Virus record (IMG/VR): IMGVR_UViG_3300049995_000120
Span: 16,506-80,505 of that record
DNA length: 64,000 nucleotides
Source: a virus
Reading direction: 5' to 3' (one strand)
In this document: in pieces, positions 38,494 to 48,414 of the stretch
Layout of the letters: each line of letters opens with the position of its first letter
Position numbering within the stretch: position 1 is the first letter of the stretch
Translations under genes and position numbers: made by a program
The notes under the pieces: model-generated
The model's input: the letters and a program-made list of their open reading frames with translations, nothing else
Told to the model about the DNA's origin: nothing
Databases searched by the model: none

Positions 38494-39343
38494 TCCATTC
38501 CTTCCCTGGAAATTGGTCGCGCTTGTATCCATCTAGCAGTGGCATAGGGACAACTTTTCCGCCTACCTCCACTTGTTTAAGAAAAAAAGGCACGGCTGTA
38601 TAATTACATTGATTGCGAAGACGACGAAACCACTCTATATCGGCTGGCCGGCGTTCAGGACCGCTCTCGCAACCTGCCACCACCCAGTTTATTTGAGGGC
38701 ACCCCGATTGATAATAAGGCCATTCATGCTTCCAGCGATATCCTTGAAGGGCGTCGGTCATTACTGCGCCGTTCAGCATGATATAGGTCAAGTTGATTTC
38801 GCCCAACAGCGGCTCTGCACTGATCCATCTTAGCGTAGCAGGAATATTCAGCAGGAGTGGGATGCGCAAATCTGCATATTCCTGATTTTCTGCACTAACC
38901 CCCACCCAGACATTAGGAAGCGGCTCGGTCAAATTCAGATCCTGCATGGCTTGTTCTATAACAATCTTTGCGCGCGCTGGGCGCTTGGTGAGGATCAAAA
39001 AAGTATGTTGTGGACAGTCGTGCATCGTTATCCATAGCAGATTGATCCATGGTTGCGTTATATATTCCCCCGTATCATCCACAAACAAATCTGCCATAGA
39101 ATCCACGAAGATGCGCTTCGGTGTTTTCCAACTTCTTGGCTTGTCCAGCACGTTCAAAACTTGCTGGTAGATCCCGGTCCAACCCTTCTCGTCTACAACA
39201 CATTGGTATTGCGGCACTCCCATCCCTCGCAGGCGCTTGGCGAAACGTTCCGCCCAACAATGGTCGCAACCCGTACTTGCCTTGTGGCAACCAGTGGTAA
39301 CATTCCATACACAATCAACGTAGGGTATTTTGGTGGTTGACAT
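38468..39343 (-). CDS. DUF5131 / phage Gp37Gp68 family protein
   Basis: WN..TGC.K.S.GC.HCWA, IFVDSMADLF, LTKRP, NVW.GVSAENQ, SAEPLL, WVV.G.ESG, PFFLKQ. Confidence 0.9.
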   Translation of the reverse strand: MSTTKIPYVDCVWNVTTGCHKASTGCDHCWAERFAKRLRGMGVPQYQCVVDEKGWTGIYQQVLNVLDKPRSWKTPKRIFVDSMADLFVDDTGEYITQPWINLLWITMHDCPQHTFLILTKRPARAKIVIEQAMQDLNLTEPLPNVWVGVSAENQEYADLRIPLLLNIPATLRWISAEPLLGEINLTYIMLNGAVMTDALQGYRWKHEWPYYQSGCPQINWVVAGCESGPERRPADIEWFRRLRNQCNYTAVPFFLKQVEVGGKVVPMPLLDGYKRDQFPGKEWNELHPRNP

Positions 39344-39817
39344 CTAAATTGGCTCCTTGGGATTATGCCATTTCCAGTGTTTGCCCCGATGAGTATGGCC
39401 CATTTTGTATTTCATTTGACGCCCCCATTTATTACGAGACATTATAAGTTCGTGACACCCACATTGACAAGGCACCAAGGTGCGAGGCAATTTTCTTTTT
39501 TTAATGGTTTCTAAAAGTTGCTCAATCCGCTTTTGGGTTTTCTCCAAAGGCCAAGAACGAATATGATTTTGAGCATGTAAAGAGGGAGAGATTATCATAA
39601 GATTATCAATAGTGTTATCATCAGTAATGCCGTTGATATGATGAACATACTCTTTAGATTCTAAAAACCGCCGCAAATAGTTTTCCATGACTAATCTATG
39701 TTCAAAAACATAGCCATTTTTCTTGGCTTTTGGATGATTTGGACAACGAACCAAAATATATCTCTCTGAGCGTACTTTATGCCCAATCGGCAGAGGGGTC
39801 CATGTGTCCATTATCAC
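39344..39817 (-). CDS. HNH homing endonuclease
   Basis: HP.A...GYV.EHRLVME...VHHING..DDN...NL......H. Confidence 0.85.
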   Translation of the reverse strand: MIMDTWTPLPIGHKVRSERYILVRCPNHPKAKKNGYVFEHRLVMENYLRRFLESKEYVHHINGITDDNTIDNLMIISPSLHAQNHIRSWPLEKTQKRIEQLLETIKKRKLPRTLVPCQCGCHELIMSRNKWGRQMKYKMGHTHRGKHWKWHNPKEPI

Positions 39818-40068
39818 TCCGCGATGGGGAGTCGTTTTGCCACATCAGGATGTAGCAGAACCAGCAGGGTGTACGCCAGAAGTTTTCCTTCCGCCGTTCC
39901 CATAAAATAATGCTTGAGGAGAACTCCCAGATCGGGTAGTTGCCCGAGCGACCAAGCATTCAAGGTGATGCGGCTCAATTTTGTTTCCCTGCTCAACTGC
40001 AGGATAGCCCGGTCTCCTCGAAACTTGCTCATCGCTTCAATAACAATGGTATTTCGTATTTCAGTCAT
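39814..40068 (-). CDS. Cro/XRE-like HTH protein
   Basis: QLSRETKLSRITLNAW..G..PD; next to divergent promoters. Confidence 0.55.
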   Translation of the reverse strand: MTEIRNTIVIEAMSKFRGDRAILQLSRETKLSRITLNAWSLGQLPDLGVLLKHYFMGTAEGKLLAYTLLVLLHPDVAKRLPIAE

Positions 40069-40089
40069 AAAAACTCCTTTCTAGTTCGT

Positions 40090-40157
40090 AGTTTACCACC
40101 CTCCCCGTTATCTGTCAATGCCAATATCTTGACAGAATTACCCTTTCCCTTTATAAT
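40090..40157. promoter_or_regulatory. back-to-back divergent sigma70 promoters
   Basis: minus TTGACA-N17-TAAACT (40118-40090); plus TTGACA-N17-TATAAT (40129-40157); the -35 boxes form the inverted repeat TCTGTCAA/TTGACAGA. Confidence 0.75.
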
Positions 40158-40179
40158 GCTCCTAGAAAGGAGATTTTTT

Positions 40180-40410
40180 ATGATAGGTATGCTCTGGTTT
40201 GATAACGATCCCAAAAAAACCATCGCCGTCAAGATACGTGGGGCGATTGAATATTACAAAGAGAAATACGGCGCAACGCCTACGGTTTGTTACATGAACC
40301 CCGCCATGCTCCGCCAAGAACCCATCTCAAAGTCTGACGTGGGCGTGGATCTCATAACCAACAAATCATTACTTTATAACCATTTCCTGATAGGAGTTTC
40401 CAATGTGTAG
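40180..40410 (+). CDS. hypothetical protein
   Basis: AAGGAG SD; GMLWFD.DPK...A..YY..KYG..P motif. Confidence 0.65.
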   Translation: MIGMLWFDNDPKKTIAVKIRGAIEYYKEKYGATPTVCYMNPAMLRQEPISKSDVGVDLITNKSLLYNHFLIGVSNV

Positions 40411-40984
40411 TGGATTCGGTATTATCATAGACAAGAAATTGGATCTCTGGTTTGCTGAACCAGACCTGGTAGGGGATTGTTCCCATACCACCATATTAAA
40501 GCGCAAGGGAATTGTTGAAAGAAGCAGTGTTTTCACGCGGCCTTTTGTGCGCGTTCAATATCCGGGGTGGAGCGAAGATAATTTTGAGTTTGATGAACTA
40601 GAGACACTTCCATCATGGGCGTTAGAAAACGGAATTGAAATTCACCAAAAGTGTGATCAACTCCTGGGGCGTTGTAGGGCCGCCTATTTTTCCTTTGCCG
40701 AGACGATTCGTCCCTTTCGTGTCCAGTTTGAAGCCATTAACTCTGATGCTACTTTAGCATTAAGGTGGGTTCGCACATCCTGTTGGTCTGATGATAAGTT
40801 GACGTGTTTGGAACAAAGCAAGAAATACGATGAGGCAATTGCCCAGTATCGCGCCATAATCGATCCGGCCTTTCATAAATTCATGGAATCGGCGCGTGAA
40901 CCCCTCAAGGTTTTAGTCCAATCCTGGTCTTCAATACCCGGCTTTGTACCTCCGCCAGAGGACTTCGACTTCAATGTGCAATGA
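40403..40984 (+). CDS. hypothetical protein
   Basis: 193-aa ORF with AGGAG SD. Confidence 0.6.
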   Translation: MCSGFGIIIDKKLDLWFAEPDLVGDCSHTTILKRKGIVERSSVFTRPFVRVQYPGWSEDNFEFDELETLPSWALENGIEIHQKCDQLLGRCRAAYFSFAETIRPFRVQFEAINSDATLALRWVRTSCWSDDKLTCLEQSKKYDEAIAQYRAIIDPAFHKFMESAREPLKVLVQSWSSIPGFVPPPEDFDFNVQ

Positions 40985-41456
40985 GGGTTCGCTTCTCTAC
41001 CAGAACTGGGTACACCTTGTCCCGCAGGTAAAGCGCGGCGATAACAAAGCCGAGATCAGGCGCAAGACGGGCGAGATCACGCCGGCCTCCGAGTCTGCGC
41101 GGTTGGCCTATCAGGCGCATTGGACTTCCTGTTCTGTCTGCCAGAATGAGCATTTAAACGCAGACGAATATGCCAAAATGAGAGGATGGCTGTAATGGAA
41201 TATAAAATACTTTTCTGGGGTAATAACACCACCATGAAAGTCATGGAAGATACACTCAACGAATGGGCTACATCAGGATGGCGCGTGGTCTGTTCAGTTG
41301 GAAATTATTATATCATCTTGGAGCATATACAAAAGAAATCCCTATCGACCTGGAATGTGCAGGCTGAACACGTAGATCTCCCGATCCCCGTCAGTAATTG
41401 CGGCGGCGCTTCCTAGCGCGGCTCTAATTCTCAAAAAATTTCACAAGGAGGATGCT

Positions 41457-42344
41457 ATGAACGACACCCTGAAGTTTTGGGTAAAGATTTTTGGTTTCAT
41501 TTTTGCTGCCTTGGTCATCGCCTATTCATCGGTGCTGACCTATCTCATGGCCGGACGCTTGGTGCCAGGAAATTTCATCTTGCAGTTAGCTACCGTCCTG
41601 CTCTTTGACGGTGGTGCGCTAATCTGGTTTTTCCAATTCGTCTGCCATGCCAAAGGAACGGCGCAGTGGGGCTTCGCCGGCTTGGGTTTTGTTGTGGGCT
41701 TACTTGGCGCGGTAGTAATGGCTGCCGGCGAACTGATCATGTCTCAAAATCTGGTGGTATTCAGTGATATGTCTCGCTTGGGTTGGCTTTTAATTGGTAC
41801 GGTGGTGGTAGCGCTTATCACCCACATCACCCTCACTTATCTGTTCCACATCAGCGATCCGGCCCTCATGAACTCCATTGAAAACGCTCAGGCTGTTGCT
41901 AAAATCGTGCGCGGCGCTTCCATCGACGCCCACGCTGAACTTGATCGCAAACAGCACGAATTGGGGCGCGGCATAGCTGACTCCATTTATGCCCAGGCGA
42001 TTCAACAGATCGAAACGGTCACAGCCTTCCACATCCGCAACAAACGCTTAGAAAAGGGTAAAACCGATGAGTTTCTGCACGGTAATGTTCTGTCTGGTGT
42101 AGCGAGGGATGTTCCTTTGATGCCCATGACTACCACTCCAGGCGGTAATGGGCGCAAGCAGATTTACAGTCACAAACCCGCCAATGCCAAACGTGGCCTC
42201 TTCAAGCGCGGCGCACCCAAGCGCGGCCCTGCGGCTTTTAACGCCAGCGCGGCTCCCACTGTGATCGTCACCGCCCCTCCCGGTGTGCAGGAGGCGCACC
42301 AACCTCGCCCCCCGTCCCCAACGAGTTTCGACAACAAGCAGTAA
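41457..42344 (+). CDS. multi-pass membrane protein with coiled-coil tail
   Basis: four TM helices; AAGGAGG SD. Confidence 0.7.
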   Translation: MNDTLKFWVKIFGFIFAALVIAYSSVLTYLMAGRLVPGNFILQLATVLLFDGGALIWFFQFVCHAKGTAQWGFAGLGFVVGLLGAVVMAAGELIMSQNLVVFSDMSRLGWLLIGTVVVALITHITLTYLFHISDPALMNSIENAQAVAKIVRGASIDAHAELDRKQHELGRGIADSIYAQAIQQIETVTAFHIRNKRLEKGKTDEFLHGNVLSGVARDVPLMPMTTTPGGNGRKQIYSHKPANAKRGLFKRGAPKRGPAAFNASAAPTVIVTAPPGVQEAHQPRPPSPTSFDNKQ

Positions 42345-42584
42345 AAGGATTAAGAATCTGCCGCGTATGTGGTGAAGAGTTTGAAGGCGCGCGCAACGCC
42401 CGTTATTGTTCTTGGAAATGCAAACAAAGAGCATATAGATTCCGCAAACTAACTGTGGTAAAATAGTTTTGTCTAGGAATGAGCGGAATTTTAATTTGCT
42501 TATATAGAGCCGTTACTTTGTTAATTCCGCTGTTCCTAGACCCAACAGCAAAACAAAGTAGCGGCTTTATATTTTGGAGGCTAT

Positions 42585-43073
42585 ATGCAAATCATATATT
42601 CAATTAGCGGGGATGAGATTTTCGTGGACGACGATGATTATCCACTATTGAATCGCCATAGATGGAGTGTAACTCGTGAAGGATATGTAATAGGACAGAT
42701 TGCAGATCGTTCTATTACGATGCATCTGCTAATAATGGGGAAAAGAAAAGGACATGAGGTTGATCATATTAATGGCGTAGGATGTGATAACAGAAAATGC
42801 AATTTGCGGTTTTGTACTCATTCTGAAAATATGCGAAATAGTATTTCTCAGATATTCTTTTTCTGGAGAAGAACACCAAAAAAGCCTTCACGAGCGCGTT
42901 CATTACCACCTATACATTATGGCCCTCAAAAGATTGTTCCCTTTCGTTGTAAACAATGTGGTCATTTATTTCAAGGAAAACCCAACAGCAGATATTGTTC
43001 TGCTGCTTGCAAACAAAAACATTATCGTTTCCGTAAACGCATACAACACAACATCGTAGACATTTCTCCGTGA
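42585..43073 (+). CDS. HNH endonuclease with C-terminal Zn finger
   Basis: VDDDDY, MH..IM, VDHING...DNRK.NLR..T..EN..N; CKQC...YCS..C. Confidence 0.85.
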   Translation: MQIIYSISGDEIFVDDDDYPLLNRHRWSVTREGYVIGQIADRSITMHLLIMGKRKGHEVDHINGVGCDNRKCNLRFCTHSENMRNSISQIFFFWRRTPKKPSRARSLPPIHYGPQKIVPFRCKQCGHLFQGKPNSRYCSAACKQKHYRFRKRIQHNIVDISP

Positions 43074-43158
43074 TCGTAGACAAAATCGTAACAATTTGTC
43101 TAGCGCGGCGCTCAATCTTTTATTCATGCCAGCGCGGCGCAAGATAAATTGTATGCTT

Positions 43159-43527
43159 TTACAGGTCTGCAACCAAGCCAAACTCGACCTCGACCCCTGC
43201 GCGGCCTTGGCGCTTTTCTCCCCCAAGATCTCTGGTGATATAGCGATCATCCACAAACACCACGCCTTTGGCAGCATCACATAGCGCTTTTAGCAGGTTA
43301 TCAATATCGCACTGGTAGAGCGGTCCCGTGCGCACTACCAGCCAGCGTACAAAAAGCGGTACACGCGGCGGGAGCATTGGCCAGTCGTTTTGTAGCATCT
43401 GTGCCTTGTAGCCCCAAGCGAGAGCGGTCTGGTTCTGGATATACTTTTGCGCCTTGGGTATCCACAGGCCTCTCGTAGTCATGCGGGTATAGGGAATCAA
43501 CTGAAAGTCTTCAAACACGAATTTCAT
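43159..43527 (-). CDS. rusA: RusA-family Holliday junction resolvase
   Basis: DIDNLLKALCDA..G.V..DD..I. Confidence 0.8.
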   Translation of the reverse strand: MKFVFEDFQLIPYTRMTTRGLWIPKAQKYIQNQTALAWGYKAQMLQNDWPMLPPRVPLFVRWLVVRTGPLYQCDIDNLLKALCDAAKGVVFVDDRYITRDLGGEKRQGRAGVEVEFGLVADL

Positions 43528-43540
43528 ATAACCTCTTTCA

Positions 43541-43569
43541 AAAAATAGCCCCCCGATTACGGGGGGCTT
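43541..43569 (-). terminator. rho-independent terminator
   Basis: minus AGCCCCCCG-TAAT-CGGGGGGCT then ATTTTTT. Confidence 0.75.
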
Positions 43570-43696
43570 GCCTTACATCTTCACTACCACAGGGAGGGGA
43601 GAAAGATTAGCCACATTGAGGGGGGCTATCTCGTGAAAATTGTAAGGTGCTATAGTGGGAGGCTAGCGCCCTCAGGATCGCTCGACCTCTGCCTGA

Positions 43697-43725
43697 ATTA
43701 TAGCCTCTCCTTTTCCGCGTGTCAA
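43697..43725 (-). promoter_or_regulatory. consensus sigma70 promoter
   Basis: TTGACA-N17-TATAAT, perfect consensus. Confidence 0.8.
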
Positions 43726-44700
43726 GCCTCCTTTCCCTCTTCTGACTTGTAAACCAAGCGGACGGTATGGCAATTTTCATCGATGATCTTAACTTCGCCC
43801 TTTTCCCACTCTCCCGACTGGATTTTCTCCTTCATATTCGCGCCGTTTTGGTTGGCCTCACGCAGGTCATGGTACGGACCCCACATATCCCCGTCTCCCT
43901 GGAAGGGCGTATACAGGACATAGAGCGGTTTATTCATCGTCCCTCCTATATAAACACTACAGAGACTGGTAGACTGGGTGGTTCAACCCAATCTGGCTGG
44001 TCGTGGATTTTTCTCTGGTAAGCGCTCCACCAAACTTTTTGATACTGCTCCAGGCTCATCATATTGTAGGCACAGGCATTACCCCAGTAAAGCGCTTCCG
44101 CGGCGCTTGCCAGAGCTAACTTGCGCCCCGTCATCTTCTCCCAGACCGCCATATCGGTAGGGTGTACGATCGACACGCCGGCAGCCTTGAAGATCTGGCC
44201 GTCCACATGCCTACCTATGATGGTACAGGTTTCCATCGTTTGAGATTCGCCCCCATTCAGACCCGGGTCGTACCAATTCAATGTGAATTGGATTGTTACC
44301 TTCATCCCGAACAATTGAAACGATACGTGATCAACTTCATCTTTATTCATATTATCCTCTCAACTTGAACATGCCGGTCACAGACCGGATAAAGCCTCCC
44401 GCTATACCTACCAGAATCAAGGGGGCGATACAGAACACACTACACAGCATTTCAAACATCCTCTTCTCCTTTCTTAAACCTGCCCCGCGCGTCGCGCTTG
44501 GCAGCGATAGCACGGGCGATTCCGCCCTTATGACCGTGTTGATGATTTTCACAACCTATCTCTGAAAATATCTTGCGATCTTCAGCGGGGATATTCCTCA
44601 ACCAGGCGCGGCCCACCAGCGGATAGCGGCGCTTGAACATCCCCGTAAACTGCTCCCGGTCATGCTTTATCAAAATGTCTAGCGCATCCATCACGCCCAC
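43722..44700 (-). CDS. small hypothetical early genes (43722-43937, 43946-44350, 44452-44700)
   Basis: SD-preceded ORFs on the same strand. Confidence 0.5.
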
Positions 44701-44919
44701 CTTAACCAGCGGATCAGATTGCCAACTGGGTGGATTAAATCAACGCCGGCCAGCGCAAACAGGACTATAGCGGCGCACAAACTTAACATGACCAGCCAGC
44801 AGACCTCCGAGAAGGTGAAAGGTTTACTTTTTTCCATAGGCGACTCCAAGTGGCGGGTGAATTCTCCGCCCCGCTCTACCCTCCAACGCTCCAAACTGAA
44901 GGGCAGAGAGAGGGGACAA

Positions 44920-45597
44920 TTAATCAGCCATGGCCGGCGCTTGTACCATGGCCTCCCATTGCTTCTGTGTTTCTGCCTGAGCAAGTTCATCTACCTCGTT
45001 CTTTGCCTCTGTCAGACAGTAATCATACCCATAAAACCCCCAGCACGAGTCGACCTCTTCGCCGTCTTTATCCGCTATCATAAACCCCCATACATCCCCG
45101 GTAAGGTGCTGATCGTATACCTTGACCTCTGTCAGCAGACCCTTTTCTGCCTTGCTTCTCACGAAGCGGGTAAATAACTTCTTCCCCCATTCCTTGACCG
45201 CGTCGGCCTTGCTGATATAAATCCACCCTACCCTACTCGAATCCCAGCCCGCGTGATACCAATTCCGCTCAATACAGGTAGACATTGTGATCCCGCTATG
45301 ATCGTACAAGAACAAAGGCAGAACTATATTATCCTTCTCGAATTCGGCCAGCAGGGCGGGGATATCGGCATCACTCAGGAACTGGTAACGCGCGGATTCA
45401 TAATCCAAGTAATCAATTCCCAGTTCGGTTTGCAGCCATTCGCGCGGCGTCATTTCGGGCTGTTCATCCCCCAAGTTATAGCGGTTATGCCAACAAACCA
45501 TGGTGCCGGCGTTATCCCAATCTTTCCGGGGGTTAATATCACAAACATCATCTTGCTCGATCTTGATTGTATAGCCTTTATACTCTTCTGTGTCCAT
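44920..45597 (-). CDS. conserved phage hypothetical protein
   Basis: NPR.DWDN.G, LPL.LYDHSG, WDS..VGWI, E...Y...L.GDV.G, DSCWGFYG pattern. Confidence 0.7.
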   Translation of the reverse strand: MDTEEYKGYTIKIEQDDVCDINPRKDWDNAGTMVCWHNRYNLGDEQPEMTPREWLQTELGIDYLDYESARYQFLSDADIPALLAEFEKDNIVLPLFLYDHSGITMSTCIERNWYHAGWDSSRVGWIYISKADAVKEWGKKLFTRFVRSKAEKGLLTEVKVYDQHLTGDVWGFMIADKDGEEVDSCWGFYGYDYCLTEAKNEVDELAQAETQKQWEAMVQAPAMAD

Positions 45598-45686
45598 TTT
45601 GACTCCTTTCCTTTCTATGCCGGCCTCATCACCGGCTCAGGGGAGTCCTCCTCGCTCCCCTTCACGGGGTATACCGCCCGTTACGG

Positions 45687-46115
45687 TTACAGCCAATAAT
45701 GCTTAAGTGCGTAGCCGTCATGATGCTCTGTAAATGTCTTTTTCCACCCCTCGCCGTTATAGTGGTCAGGCGAAGGACAATCAGTGGTATGTTTCTCTCC
45801 CGGCGTTAAGCAGGAATAAACAGGATATAGGGAATAACTCAGCTTGTACACCAGATGGTAGCCCATATCCATACCACACCCGCCGACCTTGCAGCCCTCG
45901 TGCCGCTCGTCATATCCCTCTAGCAGTTGCGCGGCTTGCCATGAGATACGGCGCGGCTGGTTATCCTGCATCACGTAAAGATCGATAACCCGGTACATGC
46001 CTGAGCGTGACACATGCTTCAACACTGTGTATACTGTGTCCCCCGGTTTAATGATCTTGCGTAATTCGTCTTTGACCTCTTCCAGCGCCTTGTCTTTGCG
46101 TTCTTTAGCGTTCAT
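45687..46115 (-). CDS. conserved phage hypothetical protein
   Basis: VYT.L.HVSRSGM.R.I and GCGMDMG.HLVY.L pattern. Confidence 0.7.
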   Translation of the reverse strand: MNAKERKDKALEEVKDELRKIIKPGDTVYTVLKHVSRSGMYRVIDLYVMQDNQPRRISWQAAQLLEGYDERHEGCKVGGCGMDMGYHLVYKLSYSLYPVYSCLTPGEKHTTDCPSPDHYNGEGWKKTFTEHHDGYALKHYWL

Positions 46116-46204
46116 TTTGGACTCCTTTTTTCCTTTAATTATAGTTCTTTCTGATCGTATTTATAGTGTCATTCGTCATTGATTTATACGATGAATGTCA
46201 TATA

Positions 46205-47146
46205 CTACGCGGCGCGTACCAGGTTTACCCGCCACTGGCAGCGGATTCCTATGCTATCAAATGCCACCGGACCGCCGCGATCATTCTGGGGGTACACAAT
46301 CTCCGCCCAATCGACTCCTATAAACTCAGCTATGGTCTTTCCGATCTTTGCCTTTAGTGACACTACCGCTCCGCCGCTTTTCCCGTTCATACCCAACCAC
46401 AACCGACACGGCTCATCCGCTATCAGGCGCAACCAGTCTACCAGAGTCTTGGCCGGCAGTAACATACCCCGCCCGATCAAAATATAATCTCTCTTACCGG
46501 TTGGAGCGCCTTTAACGGCCTTGTATAAATCTTCTGGTCCGATGAGCGCCCCGCCGTTTTCCAGACTATATTTAACCTCCCTTACTTCCCCCTCTTCCGC
46601 CGGCTTGCTTCTCGCCTTGCTTTTATTATTCTCGGCCAACCAGGCAGACTCGGCCTCTGCTAGAGGGGCGATCCGCTCTTCAATCGCAGTTATACTTAAC
46701 CGCTCCCAGCGATCACACAGCGGCGGTTTAATCCTCATGCGCGCCGCGGCGATATTGGCAGCATTAAATAGAACATTCGTTGCGTTCTTTACTTTCAGTT
46801 TGGCACCTTCCGTATAAACGCCGATCCCTTGACGCTTGCTATCCCTCAGCATTATTAATTCAACCGACAGCGAATCGCGGCGCTCTTCCAGTAAATAGAC
46901 GCGGCGCGCCTCTTTATTGACAGGTACGCGGCGTAACCCTTCCCATTTTATAGTATACGACTCCAGTGGTTTGCTCAACGCTGCGCGGCGCGTGTCTAAC
47001 TCCGCTTGACAATCGGCAAGATCCGACTCCCGCTCTTTTATAGTAGCAGAGAAATTCTTATACTCCCCCGTCATAAACTCCAGATGTTGTACCGCTCCTG
47101 TATAGTCGCTCAACGCGGCTCTTAATCCCTGTTCTTTTTTTCTCAT
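46205..47146 (-). CDS. coiled-coil hypothetical protein
   Basis: 313-aa ORF with AGGAGTC SD. Confidence 0.6.
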   Translation of the reverse strand: MRKKEQGLRAALSDYTGAVQHLEFMTGEYKNFSATIKERESDLADCQAELDTRRAALSKPLESYTIKWEGLRRVPVNKEARRVYLLEERRDSLSVELIMLRDSKRQGIGVYTEGAKLKVKNATNVLFNAANIAAARMRIKPPLCDRWERLSITAIEERIAPLAEAESAWLAENNKSKARSKPAEEGEVREVKYSLENGGALIGPEDLYKAVKGAPTGKRDYILIGRGMLLPAKTLVDWLRLIADEPCRLWLGMNGKSGGAVVSLKAKIGKTIAEFIGVDWAEIVYPQNDRGGPVAFDSIGIRCQWRVNLVRAA

Positions 47147-48092
47147 GGCTTGACTCCTTCATCAAAATATATTCTTAGGTTCTCCTGAAAATCCTTATCA
47201 TCCTTATAGATGAACGCTAAACAAACCCGCGCGCCGGCGCGGCCATTGACCGCTATATATAGGTCAATAATCCGATAATGTCGCTCCCGCTCCTGTACCC
47301 GCTTTACAGATTCCGTGATTGACTCGTCCAAGATCCGCGGCGAATCGCCGCGCGGATTCGCGGCGATTCTTTTCTCCCCGTCTGCAGCAGTTTTTATCTC
47401 GGTAACATACTCTAACTGATTCATGCTGGACTCCCCTCTGTATAAGTCGCTAATTGCCAGTATAGCGGATAATTGGCCGGTATCGGGACCTTGCCATACC
47501 AAGGGAGCGCATAGTAAACCGCGTCCAGTTCATACCAGCGCGATTCCTCTGTTAGATAGACTCGCTTATAATCCCCCTCTCCTAACTCCACCGCCGCGCC
47601 CGTGATATCCCCCCAATCTTCACGGGGTAAACCAACCGATCCTAACAGGTCCCGCAATTCCCGATCGTTCTGTACCAGTTCTACATTAACTAAGTTGCGC
47701 AATAATATCCCCTCTGCTATCTTGTATATCGCGGCGCAATCCGGGCATAAATCAGGCGCGGCGGGTATCTTATACGTCAAACTGTAATGCTGGTAACGAT
47801 CCGCTTCGCTTCGCCCAACTCCACAGATCGGCGCGCCGGCGTTATATCCATGTTCTGTTAGATGTAACATGATTGACTCCTCTCTTTATACATGTTCAAC
47901 AAGTAGAATCGATCCGCGTCTCGATGGTACGGTATTGCCATATTCCAACCATAACCCTCGTACATCTACGCGCCAATTATAAGCGCCGGCGGTTGTTGTA
48001 TACAAAAATGGTACTCCGTTTTTGGTGATAACTGTCATTTTATGACGTTTGACAGCGTAAAAATTGCCGTAGTAATTTATAAATTTATCCAT
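47143..48092 (-). CDS. three early hypothetical genes (47143-47424, 47421-47870, 47886-48092)
   Basis: each preceded by a GGAGTC SD. Confidence 0.55.
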
Positions 48093-48255
48093 GATTGACT
48101 CCTCTCTTGGTTCATTATCGCGCCACTTGCGCGGCGATTCTAGTGTCAAATGTCATGTATTTTATATGACATTTGGCGCGGCGCTGGACTTCAACGCAGC
48201 GCGGCGCGGCGCATAGGTTGATCAGTTGGCCGGCAAACCCCAAAATTTTCGCGCC

Positions 48256-48411
48256 ATAGGCAAGCCCATAGGCAAGCCCACAGGCAAGCCCACAGGCAAG
48301 CCCACAGGCAAGCCCACAAGCAAGCCCACAAGCAAGCCCACAAGCAAGCCCACAAGCAAGCCCACGGGCAAGCCCACGGGCAAGCCCACAGACAAGGTAA
48401 CAGGCAAGCAT
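48256..48411. repeat. tandem array of 13 x 12-bp units, consensus ACAGGCAAGCCC
   Basis: counted directly; variants ATAGG/ACAGG/ACAAG/ACGGG occur in blocks; last two units degenerate. Confidence 0.95.
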
Positions 48412-48414
48412 GTA

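Noticed and set aside
48256-48411. CRISPR array, or GLAC/GKPT/VGLP repeat proteins
   Set aside because: Units are contiguous 12-mers without unique spacers and no cas genes are present; the ORFs in three frames exist only because the unit has no stop, and they lack SDs
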